From NCBI GenBank assembly GCA_010909165.1, contig MU008206.1:124001-188000 (forward strand): a DNA stretch of 64,000 nucleotides. The letters run 5' to 3'. The stretch's first letter is position 1; every line of letters begins with the position of its first letter. This document shows, in pieces, positions 36,200 through 48,397 of this stretch. A model generated the notes under the pieces. It did no database searches. It had not been told where the DNA came from and saw only the letters and a program-made list of their open reading frames with translations. A program made the translations under genes and the position numbers. Source of the DNA: Anthoceros angustus (taxonomy: Eukaryota; Plantae; Anthocerotophyta).

Positions 36200-38100
36200 T
36201 AAAAATTACTAAGAAAAATGGAAACTTCGATTTTTAAAATGAAATTGAAAAAGTTAAACCAAGGAACCAAACTTTGGCATACCAAAATGGACATAGAGTA
36301 AGAACCCTCTTTTTTTTGGAAATATTCTATATTATACGTATATGTAATACACATCCAATATGTATCAAGGTATTGTACTGAACACCAGAAAGAAACCCGG
36401 GAACCCAAGAAGCTAATTGTCTTGGCGTAAAACTCCACAAAAGTCAAATTTGATATTTTTCTAGATTGGTGAGGGGAAGCCAATAAGCATACCGCTGGCG
36501 GCCAGCTACTGTGGTGGTAGAGCGGGGGGAATACAAGCACCTCTGGCCTTTCCACGGGAGCAACATGCCTCCCACGGCCTCTCTTTATAGAGGAACGCAA
36601 CGTATCAAGAGGGGTGGGAGTGGTCCTCTGCTGATGGCCATTTCCCGACACAGATTGCGGGGGCAATGCCTAGGTGGGAAGGAGACCAGAAGAACAGGGC
36701 AAAGGGTGCAAAGGGGGTTTAGGGAAGAGCCCTAAGGTTGATAAAGAGGAGGACCAGGTGGGCCCAATACCGAACCTTGAGGAACCCAACGGGGGGAGGG
36801 AGGGGGGAGCCCAGAAAGTAGACAGTGAATATCCATAGTTATCATAAAGAGAAAAACCTATTGTAGGGAGCCCAATGGGCCCATAGGGAGAAAAACCTAT
36901 TGTAGGGGCCCCGTTAAGCCCAGAGGATGGGCGAGAACGCTGAGAAGCAGGAATAGAGGGCGGGGCCTGGGCGGCCTTACGCTTAGATTGCATGGGTGCC
37001 GAAGAATGCCCCAAGGCGGCAAGAGCTTGCTTAACAGCCTTGTCCACGAGTTTACCAGTAGCCTACTCAGTAGGCATCCGTTGAGCCTTCGTGGCAAGAG
37101 CACTTGTAGCTTGCTACTTCTCCTGTTTAGCAGCGAGAGCAATAGAGAATTGAAGGGAGACCTTGGGATGCTCAAACTCTGCCTTAGCGCGAGTGCTGGT
37201 AACTTACGGAAGGCGTTCTTCTCATCATCATACATAGTGCACATCCTTTCACGAGTATTCGCAGGAAGGGTAGTAACAAGGCTCTTAAGGATGTCAATAA
37301 CATGTTGCTCAACATAACTCTAGAAAGAAGATTGTTGCTCCACCCAAACAGCGCAGAATTCTGTCTCACACTGTACGACCATATCAAAGACTTGACTCTA
37401 ATATTCTTTAGCAAGTGTTTTCTAAATCAGACGTCCAAGTAGGATGCTGCGCGGGAGTAAGGGCCTATTCGAAAGAGGGAAGCACCTTAAGGGGAGCAAC
37501 ATGGATACTATGAGGAACGAGGCCATAGGGTTTCATGGTCTCCATTTTGATGATCCGGCGCTATTGTTGTACGAGGCAATGAACAATGATAGCATACTCA
37601 GAGAGTCTAACTTAGCCCTAACAAGCTCCTCTAATTGAGCGCGGACACCAATAATAACAGATTCAAGAAAAGCATCATTTGTAGGGGGGTTGGAACAAGA
37701 ATCAGAAGGAGGGGATTGGGAGGGGGAGGGTTGGAATGCATCAAAAAAAGAAATGCCATGGATCTAAGTTAGTAAGTTAGGAGGTCAGTGGTAGTAAGGC
37801 TTTGCTTAGGACTCAAGAAAGCTAATCACAACCCCCTCCTTTAGAAGGAGGGGGTTGGCTAGTTACTTAAACTTAGTGAAGTAAGCTTCTTTATAAGTGA
37901 TGAACCGAACTGAACAGAACTAAGATTTCATGATTTATAGTCTCCCAAGATGACGTCAACCCTCTAGAGTTATTTATTTTCCATAGCACTTGTGCCACAA
38001 TAGTACTCTTGTTAGGAAGGACGGAAGAGGAGAGCTTGAGAAGGAGATTAGTAGACAGATAGTTTTACTATAGTTTTAAGTCTCGCACGGTGGAGACCGG
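36200..38100 (-). mobile_element. Heavily degenerate retroelement remnant (ORF1-like helical/basic region, possible RT trace)
   Basis: Frameshifted protein-like runs on minus strand 37720-36670; weak RT-like segment NLTFVEFYAKTISFLG near 36450. Confidence 0.33.
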
Positions 38101-38201
38101 CATGCCCTATGAGAATAAGAACATAAACGTGTAATAGAAAGAAGCTGAGGTCAGTGAACTCTGAGGTCGTATGTAACTGAAAGAAGGCGAGGTTAGTGAA
38201 A

Positions 38202-38973
38202 CAGTGACTGCGCAAAACGGCGGATTCCGCTAAAATGGGTTGTTAAAAAAAACTATACTGGATTTTCCCTACTCTATATTAGTGGATTTGCGTATCACAA
38301 AAAAATACAACAAAATACTAGGATTAAATACTCGTAGCATCTTCCATTTGACATTGTCGTCCATGACCATGACATAATTCAGACACATTTCTGCATTCTT
38401 TCACTTTAAAACCCAGATAACGTGAGGGGATGTTGCCTCCGCTTAGTTCTATTTGGTGATGTCCCGTTGAAATGGAGTGAAGGAACAATTTGAAGTGCAT
38501 GGTTTTGCCATCATCGGACATCTATGCCTCAATTTAGAAAAACGTCTTATATCCAAACTCTAACCTACAGTCTATTTTTGCAATTTTCTAGAGATGAATT
38601 CTGAATATCGGCCCTTTTTCAACGCAAAATCGAATGCGGATGCACCAGTCGAATGTGACTCAACCACATAATGGGTTGCTATATGGCTGACCATAGAAGA
38701 GTGTGCCGGTCGACTGGCGCACTTCTACAAGAAGAGCGAATGATGTTCTGAATGGTTTGAGTGGGAGTGCGCGGGTCGATCGACGCACTCTAGAACAAGC
38801 ATTGTGATATTTCTTAAATGGCGTAAAACCATGTAGTTCCTCTATACTTGAACTTGCTTGCGGATGGGCAAAAACTATTATGTGTATTTTTGCTGATATT
38901 AAGTTGGGATGGTTGAAAGTCGATTAGACATAAAAAGGGCTGTAAGGAATCCGCCGTTTTTGCGCAGACACTG
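38202..38973. mobile_element. Non-autonomous hAT-like DNA transposon (MITE), 772 bp
   Basis: 27/28-bp TIRs CAGTGACTGCGCAAAACGGCGGATTCC (38202-38228) and its inverse (38946-38973); imperfect 8-bp TSD TTAGTGAA/TAAGTGAA. Confidence 0.75.
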
Positions 38974-39587
38974 TAAGTGAACTTTGAGGTCGTATATATA
39001 TAAGACAATATATAGACTGTCTATTTAGATTCTGGTAAAATTATTGGGACCGGGACTGCTTGTGGTATTTCATAATCGGCAATGACGTTGCTCACCTTGC
39101 TGAGGTTTAATTTCTAGTGTGGAAGATTTGTGGAGCATAGCGTTGAGCTGGACTTTGTGGACGCAAGGCTACAACTAGTGGAGCGATGCGGAGGGAGGGA
39201 CTCGTATGTGCATTTTGGTAGGTTGCATTATGCGGTTGGAAGGATTGTATGTTTTGTTTAAGTGCATTGAGGTTCCTTCTAGATATGCTGCCCCTGTCGA
39301 CCAAGCTATCCTGCTTGTCCTAGCCTGCAAGCATTGAGGGTCCTGGCTAGAAACTAGGTGTAGCATATAATCACCGCATTCCAAGTGTATACCATCTCTA
39401 CAAATGGTGAAGCATCGTCGTGTCCAAAGAGGTGTGTTGGTGATGGATGGGTAGGTGTGGGACGAACTCCTTGGGATGTTGTGGCAGTGGGTGCCCTTTA
39501 ATGGCTTGAGTGAGAGCTTAGTGTGTGTGTGTGTGCTTAGAGGAGAGCTTGTAGGAGCTTATAGTGTGTGAGCCTAAGAAAGAGATC

Positions 39588-40490
39588 GAGGGGAGAAAGC
39601 TAAGTACGTGTCACAAAGCTTGAAGAAGAGATTGATAGGAGAAAGCTAAGTAAGGGAGCTTCATGGGGGGATGGTTAGTACGCTCTGATCTCTTGTAGCC
39701 TTACTTAATAAAGAGCAATAGCGGAAATTTGTCTTATATTCTTGCTTGTACTCTTACTTGATAAAGAGCAATAGGCGCAAATTTGTCTTGTATTCTTGCA
39801 TAGTAAAGAGCAGCAACAAAAATCTCTCGTCAGTCTTGCTTAGTAAAGAGAGCTGTTTGCGAGTCTCCTTAAGAAGACTATGGGTTACTTCAAGGCCTAG
39901 TGCTAGCGTATTGTTTGCTTTTAACTGTGTGTGTGCCTCTCCCGCAAGTTAGGGGTATCACTCCTGGGGCATTTTACATTTGCATGATATAATAGCTACC
40001 TAATTCACGAGAATACCTATTGAGGGGAGAAAGCCAAGTACATGTGACAGAGTTTGAGGAAGAGATGGAGAGGAGAAAACTAAGTACCTGTGACAGAGCT
40101 TGAGGAAGAGATGGAGAGGAGAAAGCTAAGTACATGTGACCGAGCTTGAGGAAGAGATGGAGAGAAGAAAGCGAAGTACCGGAGCGTCATGTGGAGATTG
40201 GTTAGTACGCTTTGATCTCTTATAGTTTTACTTAATAAAAAAAATAATACAAATTTATCTTGTATTCTTGCTTGTACTCTTCCTTGATAAAGAGCAACAT
40301 GCGCAAATATTCTTGCTAAGTAAAGAGCGGCATCGAAAATCTCTCACACCGAGTCTCCTTAGGAAGACAACGGGTTACTTTGAAGGCCTAGCTAGTGCTA
40401 GCGTATTGTTTGCTTTTACAGCTTGTGTGCCTCTCTCGCGATCGCGAGTTATTTTACATTAGCGACCTAATTCACGAGAATACCTATAGA
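39588..40490 (+). repeat. Two head-to-tail LTR-like units (~434 and ~468 bp) with internal ~42-bp repeats
   Basis: Both units begin GAGGGGAGAAAGC (39588, 40022), contain GTTAGTACGCT(C/T)TGATCTCTT and AATAAA, and end ACCTAATTCACGAGAATACCTAT. Confidence 0.75.
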
Positions 40491-41290
40491 ATTGTGCGAT
40501 TGCAAGAGAGAAGAGTACCGGTGGCTGTCTCCTGGCTCCCCGGCCCCAACCCTTGCTCTCCCCGGCCTGGCCGTCTACATGGGTGTTCCAGGGAGCGGCC
40601 GATATGTACTCGAGTGGGTGATGAACGGCTTGCGCGGTCCAGGTAGCGGCATCTGCTCCACCGCCGTTGCACACCGCTGCAAGCTGCCGGGGCTGGGCCT
40701 CGCGGATGGGCTGGCCACCGCCACGGCAGGAAATCGCGGAGCTAGCTGGTGAAGGAGACGGGCCCTTTGCTTGCCGCGGCCGCCGTCCTCCGGATCCAAA
40801 CCTGGGAAGCCGCTGTCGCTGGGAACCTTCTGAGGCTCCGCCTTTTCAGGCCTCGCTCTCGCTCTTTCCTTCACTCTACCTGGCCACTACTTGGTGGCAT
40901 GCCCTGCGGCCCGAAGGCTAGTCTTGTGCGCTCGACTCAGGGTTTCGCGGGGTGGCTACTGAGGGGCCTTCCATCGTCTGCCGCCTGCGCGGGAGGCATC
41001 ACCGTCTCATAGCCTTTGAATGTTTTGCTTAAGCTTGTGCGCATGCTGATGCTCGTGGGGTGCGGCTCTTGTGCTGGCTAGCTTTTCACATCTCCTCGAC
41101 GAAGGTCTGCTTCTATCTCGGCTTGTTGGCTTTCGGATTTCGTGCTCGCTGTGGCTGTGGTGGATCGGAGAGGGGCCACTTGTGATGCTGTGAGGTTGAG
41201 GCTTTGAGGTCGAGGTATCTCTTGTTGTGCGCTGGCCCGTTGTGGAGACGTCCGCTTCTTCGAGTCTCAGGTTTCGAAGGAGGGCTCAAG

Positions 41291-42598
41291 ATGCCGAAGG
41301 ATCCGAGCAGCCGAGCTATGTCCTCCAAGTCGAGGGGGCTTTACAAGCCGTATGCCAGCAGCCAGCAGGGCAGGGAAGATTCTCAGGACAGCTCATCTAA
41401 GGACGTCGAGGACGCCGCTTTGCAGAAGGAGTGGGATGATGCTACATGTCCGATTTGCATGGAGTGTCCACACAACGCGGTGCTGTTGGTTTGCTCTTCT
41501 CATGACAAAGGATGCCGCCCTTACATGTGTGACACCAGTTACAGGCACTCCAATTGCCTTGACCAGTACAGAAAAGCCTCCGAGTCGGACAAGAGTGGAG
41601 GAGGAACTACCGCCGCCGTCTCCGATGCCACTGTGGATAGTGTTGCGGTGCAGGTCCCTCGGGAGAGAGGGGATCAGCGGCGTGCTCGGGAGCGAGTTGC
41701 CAGGAGAGGCGCCGCAGGGGCGTCTGTATCTGGAAGCCGGCCTGATCAACCAGTGGAAGATAGGGTTTCGGATAGAGCAGGTCCCGTGAGACATGGGATA
41801 GGGCCCTTGGTCCTTGATTCAGAGAGGATTCGCAGCGTGGATGAGGGAGACTCGCATACGGACAGATCGGAGGACATGGAGGTCTCGAGGGAGAGCATGG
41901 ACGGGAGGGATGTTGCGGATACGGCAGTATTTGGGAGTGCGGGGGACTCGGATCTCAAGTGTCCGTTATGCCGTGGCAAGGTGAAAGGGTGGATGGTGTT
42001 AGAGTCTGCTCGGCAGCATCTCAATCACAAGAAGCGCAGTTGCGCACATGAATCATGTCCCTTCAGTGGCACTTACGACGAGCTGAGGAAGCACGCTCGG
42101 GGAGTTCATCCTCTGGCGCGGCCCTCGGATGTGGACCCTGCTCGGCAACGGGACTGGCGCAGGCTGGAGCGGCAGCGCGACCTGGCAGATGTGTTGAGCA
42201 CATTCAGATCCGCGATGCCTGGGGCCACAGTTTACGGCGACTACATGATCGATGATGAAGAAGAAGAGCACGAGGAAGACGGCGAGATCGAGTTTCCTGG
42301 GGATGGTGAGAATTGGTGGACTATGATCCTTTTGTTTCAGGTTTTTGGTCCTGCTGCCAACATGGGTGGTGGGCGCACCCTTAACCGCCTGAGGGGTGGA
42401 GGCGTCAGCAGACCTTCCCGCATCCGTCAGTCCAGTACTGTCTTGTCGAGGCAGACACTGTGGGGGGAGAACTTGCAAGGCCCTGGCGGAGGAAGCGCGA
42501 ATGCAGGGGCGAGTGGGAGTGGCGGTCCGGGAGAAACCAACTTGTCTGCTACCAGCAGAAGACGGAGAACTCGAAGTCGTAGGGGTGATCCGCAATGA
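41291..42598 (+). CDS. DUF1644-type zinc-binding protein, single coding exon (435 aa)
   Basis: EWDDATCPICMECPHNAVLLVCSSHDKGCRPYMCDTSYRHSNCLDQY and LKCPLCRGKVKGW...KRSCAHESCPFSGTYDELRKHAR are the conserved plant DUF1644 blocks; first ATG at 41291. Confidence 0.93.
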   Translation: MPKDPSSRAMSSKSRGLYKPYASSQQGREDSQDSSSKDVEDAALQKEWDDATCPICMECPHNAVLLVCSSHDKGCRPYMCDTSYRHSNCLDQYRKASESDKSGGGTTAAVSDATVDSVAVQVPRERGDQRRARERVARRGAAGASVSGSRPDQPVEDRVSDRAGPVRHGIGPLVLDSERIRSVDEGDSHTDRSEDMEVSRESMDGRDVADTAVFGSAGDSDLKCPLCRGKVKGWMVLESARQHLNHKKRSCAHESCPFSGTYDELRKHARGVHPLARPSDVDPARQRDWRRLERQRDLADVLSTFRSAMPGATVYGDYMIDDEEEEHEEDGEIEFPGDGENWWTMILLFQVFGPAANMGGGRTLNRLRGGGVSRPSRIRQSSTVLSRQTLWGENLQGPGGGSANAGASGSGGPGETNLSATSRRRRTRSRRGDPQ

Positions 42599-43266
42599 CT
42601 TTCACATCGGCTGTGGTCGCTGGCTAAAGGTCGGCAACTCGATTCGAGTATGGAACTCCATGTGAAGAAAGAAGGAAGGCAGCGGGTTTGTCCCATAGAA
42701 ACATCAACATGGCTTTTCCCCTCTTGCTGCGCGTTGTAGATGTTGCTTCGGTTTGTGGGCAGCGATGTGGCGCACGGCAGCTTCACGGGTTGGGAGGTAG
42801 TAAGCTTACTATTTATTAATACATAGATAGAAGACGTGATATTCTTTTTGTTGTAAAAACAAAGTGATTCCGACCGCCTGCTGTTGGCTCATCTTTTCCC
42901 GCGTACCTGATGGTAAAAGTTGCATAGGTAATATGTACTCATATATCTGTGAGAGGATTCTTCAAAGATGTACTTGACAGGTTACAATTGAGGCGAGGGT
43001 TGGAACTTTGGCAGGCGTGCGATGGATGGCGCTGCCGTGGCGTCACGCCATGGTTGCCGTGCCGTGAAGCCCGTGAAGGGAGCGGTGGGAAACTCGAGTC
43101 GCCTGATTATCGTTTCGATTGTACAAATGTACAGTTAGGTGCTTCTTTTTACAGTACGAATCGCAAGAACGTGAATTAGTGGTAGAAATCCTCTTCCTGG
43201 GCTACACAAGTACCTACACAATCAGGCAGACAGTACTGCTGACGGATAGAGGTACGCGGTACAGCA

Positions 43267-44375
43267 TCAGGCCGCGGATTGAGTGGCCTGGCCTGCGGCT
43301 GGGGCTGGGGCTGGGGTTGGAGCTGGAGCTTCAGAATTCTGGGTCGTCTGTTCTGCCGCTGGGGCTGGGGCTGGGGCTGGGGCTGGAGCCTCAGATTTCT
43401 GCGTCTCCTCCACCAAGCTAACGCGGTAGGCAGCCAGGTGCTCATCCCCTGCAAATTGCCCGGACATGAGCCGCCCAGGATCCTTGGGCTGTGCAGTGAG
43501 CCGGAAGCGTACAGGAATTTCGAGGGGATGGACTCACCGAAAATTATAGAGCTGTTGGGATAGGTCACCGTGACAGCCCCGGGCCTAAGTTTCTTGCCAT
43601 CCACATATGTGCCATTAGTGCTGTCCAGATCGGTGACAAAGAGGGTCGCCCCCTTCACCTCCAGGCGGGCGTGCAGGCCCGAGACTGGCGCAATCGACAA
43701 TAGCAGGCAGATGAGAGGCCTGAGAAATTTAAGCAGGGCACGCAAGGTTTGCAGGCGTGAGCAGGTTTTGTTTCTCGTACCTGTGGCCACGGGAAGGACG
43801 ATGTCGGCCCTCTCCGGCACCCTCCCGACTGTAACCGCATCCTGCACCCAACCCGCCACATGTTCACATCCGCAGCTGCACATGAGAAGGAGCGAAAAAT
43901 GGCAAAGGCACGGAGAATTGATGGCACAGGGGCCCGGAGCTCACGGATTCCAGAACCAGAGCCCCGGGCAGAGGAATGGCGGAATCCAGATGGCTCATGT
44001 CCCCATCCCCTGCGCGTGCGCACACCCACTCAGTTGGGAGCTGGCGGTGATAGGTGAATTGCATCACAGTGTGCAGCAGAGCAGCCAGCACGCAAACGCT
44101 GAGTAGTACGCACCGATGGGCTCAAGCACCCACTTGGCTGTGGCCTGGACCGAGAAGGGGCGACATGACCCGACCCCGGAGTCGCGCTTGCGCGATATAT
44201 GAATGCGTCGTCCGATGGGGAATGCGGGCGCGTGCCACGCCCCGCCCGCGTTGCACGGCAGCGGCGGAGTGTAGCAGCATCTCCGGACGGGTAGCAGTCT
44301 TACATGCTGTTGCAGCTGCAACAACCTGGCGGCTGGGAATGCGGGTGCAACGCTCACCACTGCCGCCGCTTGCAT
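43267..44375 (-). CDS. Plastid-targeted FHA-domain protein (5 exons) with Pro/Ala-repeat C-terminus
   Basis: Transit-peptide-like start MQAAAVVS; KWVLEPI/GDGD; VTVGRVPERADIVLPVAT/VSGLHA; VTDLDSTNGTYVDG (FHA motifs). Confidence 0.9.
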
Positions 44376-44624
44376 CGTGGCCCGTAGCCGGCGCTGCCTG
44401 CTGCGTCGCCAAATTGCCGCTCTGCAGACCGTCACGCTCGAGGATAGCCGGGGCGGTGTCGCTCCCGAGCCGCCGGTGCCACCGCCCACTACCGCTCTGC
44501 CACACCAGCATATCTCGCCCAAACTGGATATGTTGGTTGCTACAGAAGAAACTACTGCACCATTGCCATAGTTTTACCTGTAAATACCTGGCTAGGGTTT
44601 CTTGACTCTGGAGCTCCCGGAGCT
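44376..44624. promoter_or_regulatory. Short divergent intergenic region (249 bp) shared by the FHA gene and DPM1
   Basis: Start codons at 44375 (-) and 44625 (+); TAAATA at ~44581. Bidirectional activity is inferred. Confidence 0.6.
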
Positions 44625-45948
<1,324 letters not shown>

Positions 45949-46016
45949 AAATGAAATTTTTGTAATATCAACGCTTGAGATAACATGTGACACAATTTTT
46001 TCTAGGGTTGAGTCAT

Positions 46017-48070
46017 TCACGCCTTCTTCTTCTCGCTAGATCGCCTGATCAGAAGCCTGAGCGAGGGATATCCTACTACTAGAGTCTGGAAATACCAAGG
46101 CCACAGGTTGTCGGGGTCGCTCTGTCTTGCCAGATACCATGCGAACCCTGCCTCTAACGCATGAAGAAACGTAGCGATGTAGAACACAGATTTTACCCCG
46201 GAGAAGGATCCGAACATCCACAACGACAAGGACTGTACGTATCGCAAGGGACCCAGGATCTGCGGTGGAAAGAAACCAGATACGAACGTAAGCAGCATGC
46301 CCACAGTTATGCCAACCCAGATGGTCGCTGGAGGTGATTCGATGGGCCGCACGGGATGTTCCTTGAGATACTCCAACGTTCGCTTCAATCCTTCACGTTG
46401 ATTCACAACAGGTACATACTGAAGCTCGTGCGTGGCTTTCAAGATGGAGAAATAATGAGTGACGCCCACCTGCAACACATCCATTTTGCTTCATTCTGAG
46501 TATTCAACCAACAGAAGATGACCTGGAAGTGGCCTGCTTTGTAAGCCAAAACCAACCTTGAGAACTTCAGCAGGCAGAATAAACGGCTGAGGGAGCCAAG
46601 ATCTTTCAAGAACAGGATATAGAAAGCCATACAAAACCCACAGGAAATTTGCCAGGTACATGGCTGACTTCACACTGATCTCATACTCCGGGAACTTGTA
46701 ACCCAGGCCCTCCACAAGGGGGCGCAAGAACTTGAAAGTGTTTATAGGAGCACCTGTTCAGAAAAAGCATCACCAGAAGGAAAGGGGGGAAAGAGGAAAT
46801 TAGCCCAGAACGCACAAAGGCTCATCGACTGGCCAGCAAGGACCAGACACAGTCATTTTTTCCTCTCCTTGAAGGGTTAGACTGTGTGCTTGTGAGCTAA
46901 CTCTGAGAGCGTGTACAAGAAGTTATGACATTAATAATACGGCTAAGCCGATACTCGAACCGGAACGCTGCTTAGCCAGGTTGAACCCATTGTGCTGCAA
47001 CCATCACTGGCAGAAAATCATACCGGCCCAGTCTGCGTGCAAGTCATGACCTTACCATCAGAAATGAAGTAGACTTGACCTAGGCCGGGCTTGTCTGGGA
47101 AATCCAGTAGGGCCACGCTAGCTAGCAGCTGCGCATGTACAAGGTTGTCGATGTAGACCCAGTCTGTCTGAACGTTGGCTCCACCAATCCTGAACTTGAG
47201 AAGGCCCCACCTGGCATGATTCAGAATGCGGGGAAGGTGACGCTGTTCACCTGGACCATAGATGGCAGCTGGCCGGATAACTGAAGTTCGAAGAACTCCC
47301 TTGTTTCCTCTGTAGAATTCCAGAATACAGTAGCCATGTCATATGAACCTGATTACCACAAATGAGACAGGCAATAAGTCGAGGCATACCGGAGAGGCGC
47401 ACCGTTGGCTCTGCGGACAAGCTGCTCTGCGAGAGCCTTGCTGCGGCCGTAGTGGTCACTATGCTTCTCCATAGGACAATAGTCCATGTTTTCATCACCA
47501 TTCCGGATCTCTTGCCCTTCAAACACGACATTGTATGTGCTGGTGTAAACAAGCCTCTCGACCCCATATCTCTGACAACTATCCAGCACATGACTAGTCC
47601 CATCCAGGTTCACTTCATCGATACGCCGTGCCTGCAACATCTCCTTCCCTGACATGCCGTAGGAGGCCAAATGGAAAACGCAGTTTGCGCCATTGACGGC
47701 TTTCTCCACATCCTTCTTGCGGCTCACATCACCTACATTCGGACAATGCTATAATGTTACAAGGAAACTTGATCGGAAATGTTTATTGTCCGGATCCGAT
47801 CCTCCACTGGATCGGGATCAACTCTCACACACTGCACAATTCATCTACAATCCGGCAGAATGCGGCACACTCATTACCGGTAATGCACACCACACCGTGT
47901 GCACGAAGCTTAGGAAGCCAAGAAGAGGTCTTGGACAAGTCCAGGGACGTAACCTTGGAAGCCCCCCGGCGGACAAGCTCCAGACAAAGGGCCGCGCCCA
48001 CGAATCCAGCTCCTCCTGTCACCAAAAATGCCCTGTCCTCGAAGCCCTCGTTCGATGATAGCAGCACCAT
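46017..48070 (-). CDS. 3-beta-hydroxysteroid dehydrogenase/isomerase family protein (SDR42E-like) with membrane C-terminus
   Basis: LVTGGAGFVG NAD motif; FHLASYGMSGKEMLQ; YTSTYNVVF; YGRSKALAEQ (YxxxK); IRPAAIYGPGEQRHLPRI; VGVTHYFS. Confidence 0.93.
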
Positions 48071-48397
48071 CCTGGTGCACCTCCGCAACGAAGAAACTCC
48101 CTTGTGCCGAAGGACGATGCAACTGAGAACTTGACAAGTTTGCTCAACCACCCATGAAACACGCTAATTCGAAGACGAAAGTTGCTTTCTTCAACCACAG
48201 AAGTTTCCACATCCACTCCGTTCAAAGGGACCAAGTAGGACTAAAGGAAATAGTCTGAACACTTCATACGGTGTTCTACAAAAGACCCAAAATTGAATTT
48301 TACAATCTAAAGCGAAACAATACGGATTCAGAACCATGTGACTGAAGTCTTCTCGCTTTTTCTTAAAGAGGAGTCTTTAAGTCACCAACACACGATG

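Noticed and set aside
38765-38795. Hairpin plus CTAG as a Helitron 3' end
   Set aside because: Lies inside the TIR-bounded hAT-like element, has no spacer and is not followed by T.
40492-41012. Several 80-100 aa ORFs upstream of the DUF1644 gene
   Set aside because: High GC gives open frames on both strands; no recognisable motifs; most simply promoter/5' UTR sequence.
42053-42595. 180-aa antisense ORF within the DUF1644 gene (likewise 53385-53888 and 54995-55450 within the PPR gene, and 47-373 within copia RT)
   Set aside because: Shadow ORFs opposite well-supported GC-rich coding sequence; no independent motifs.
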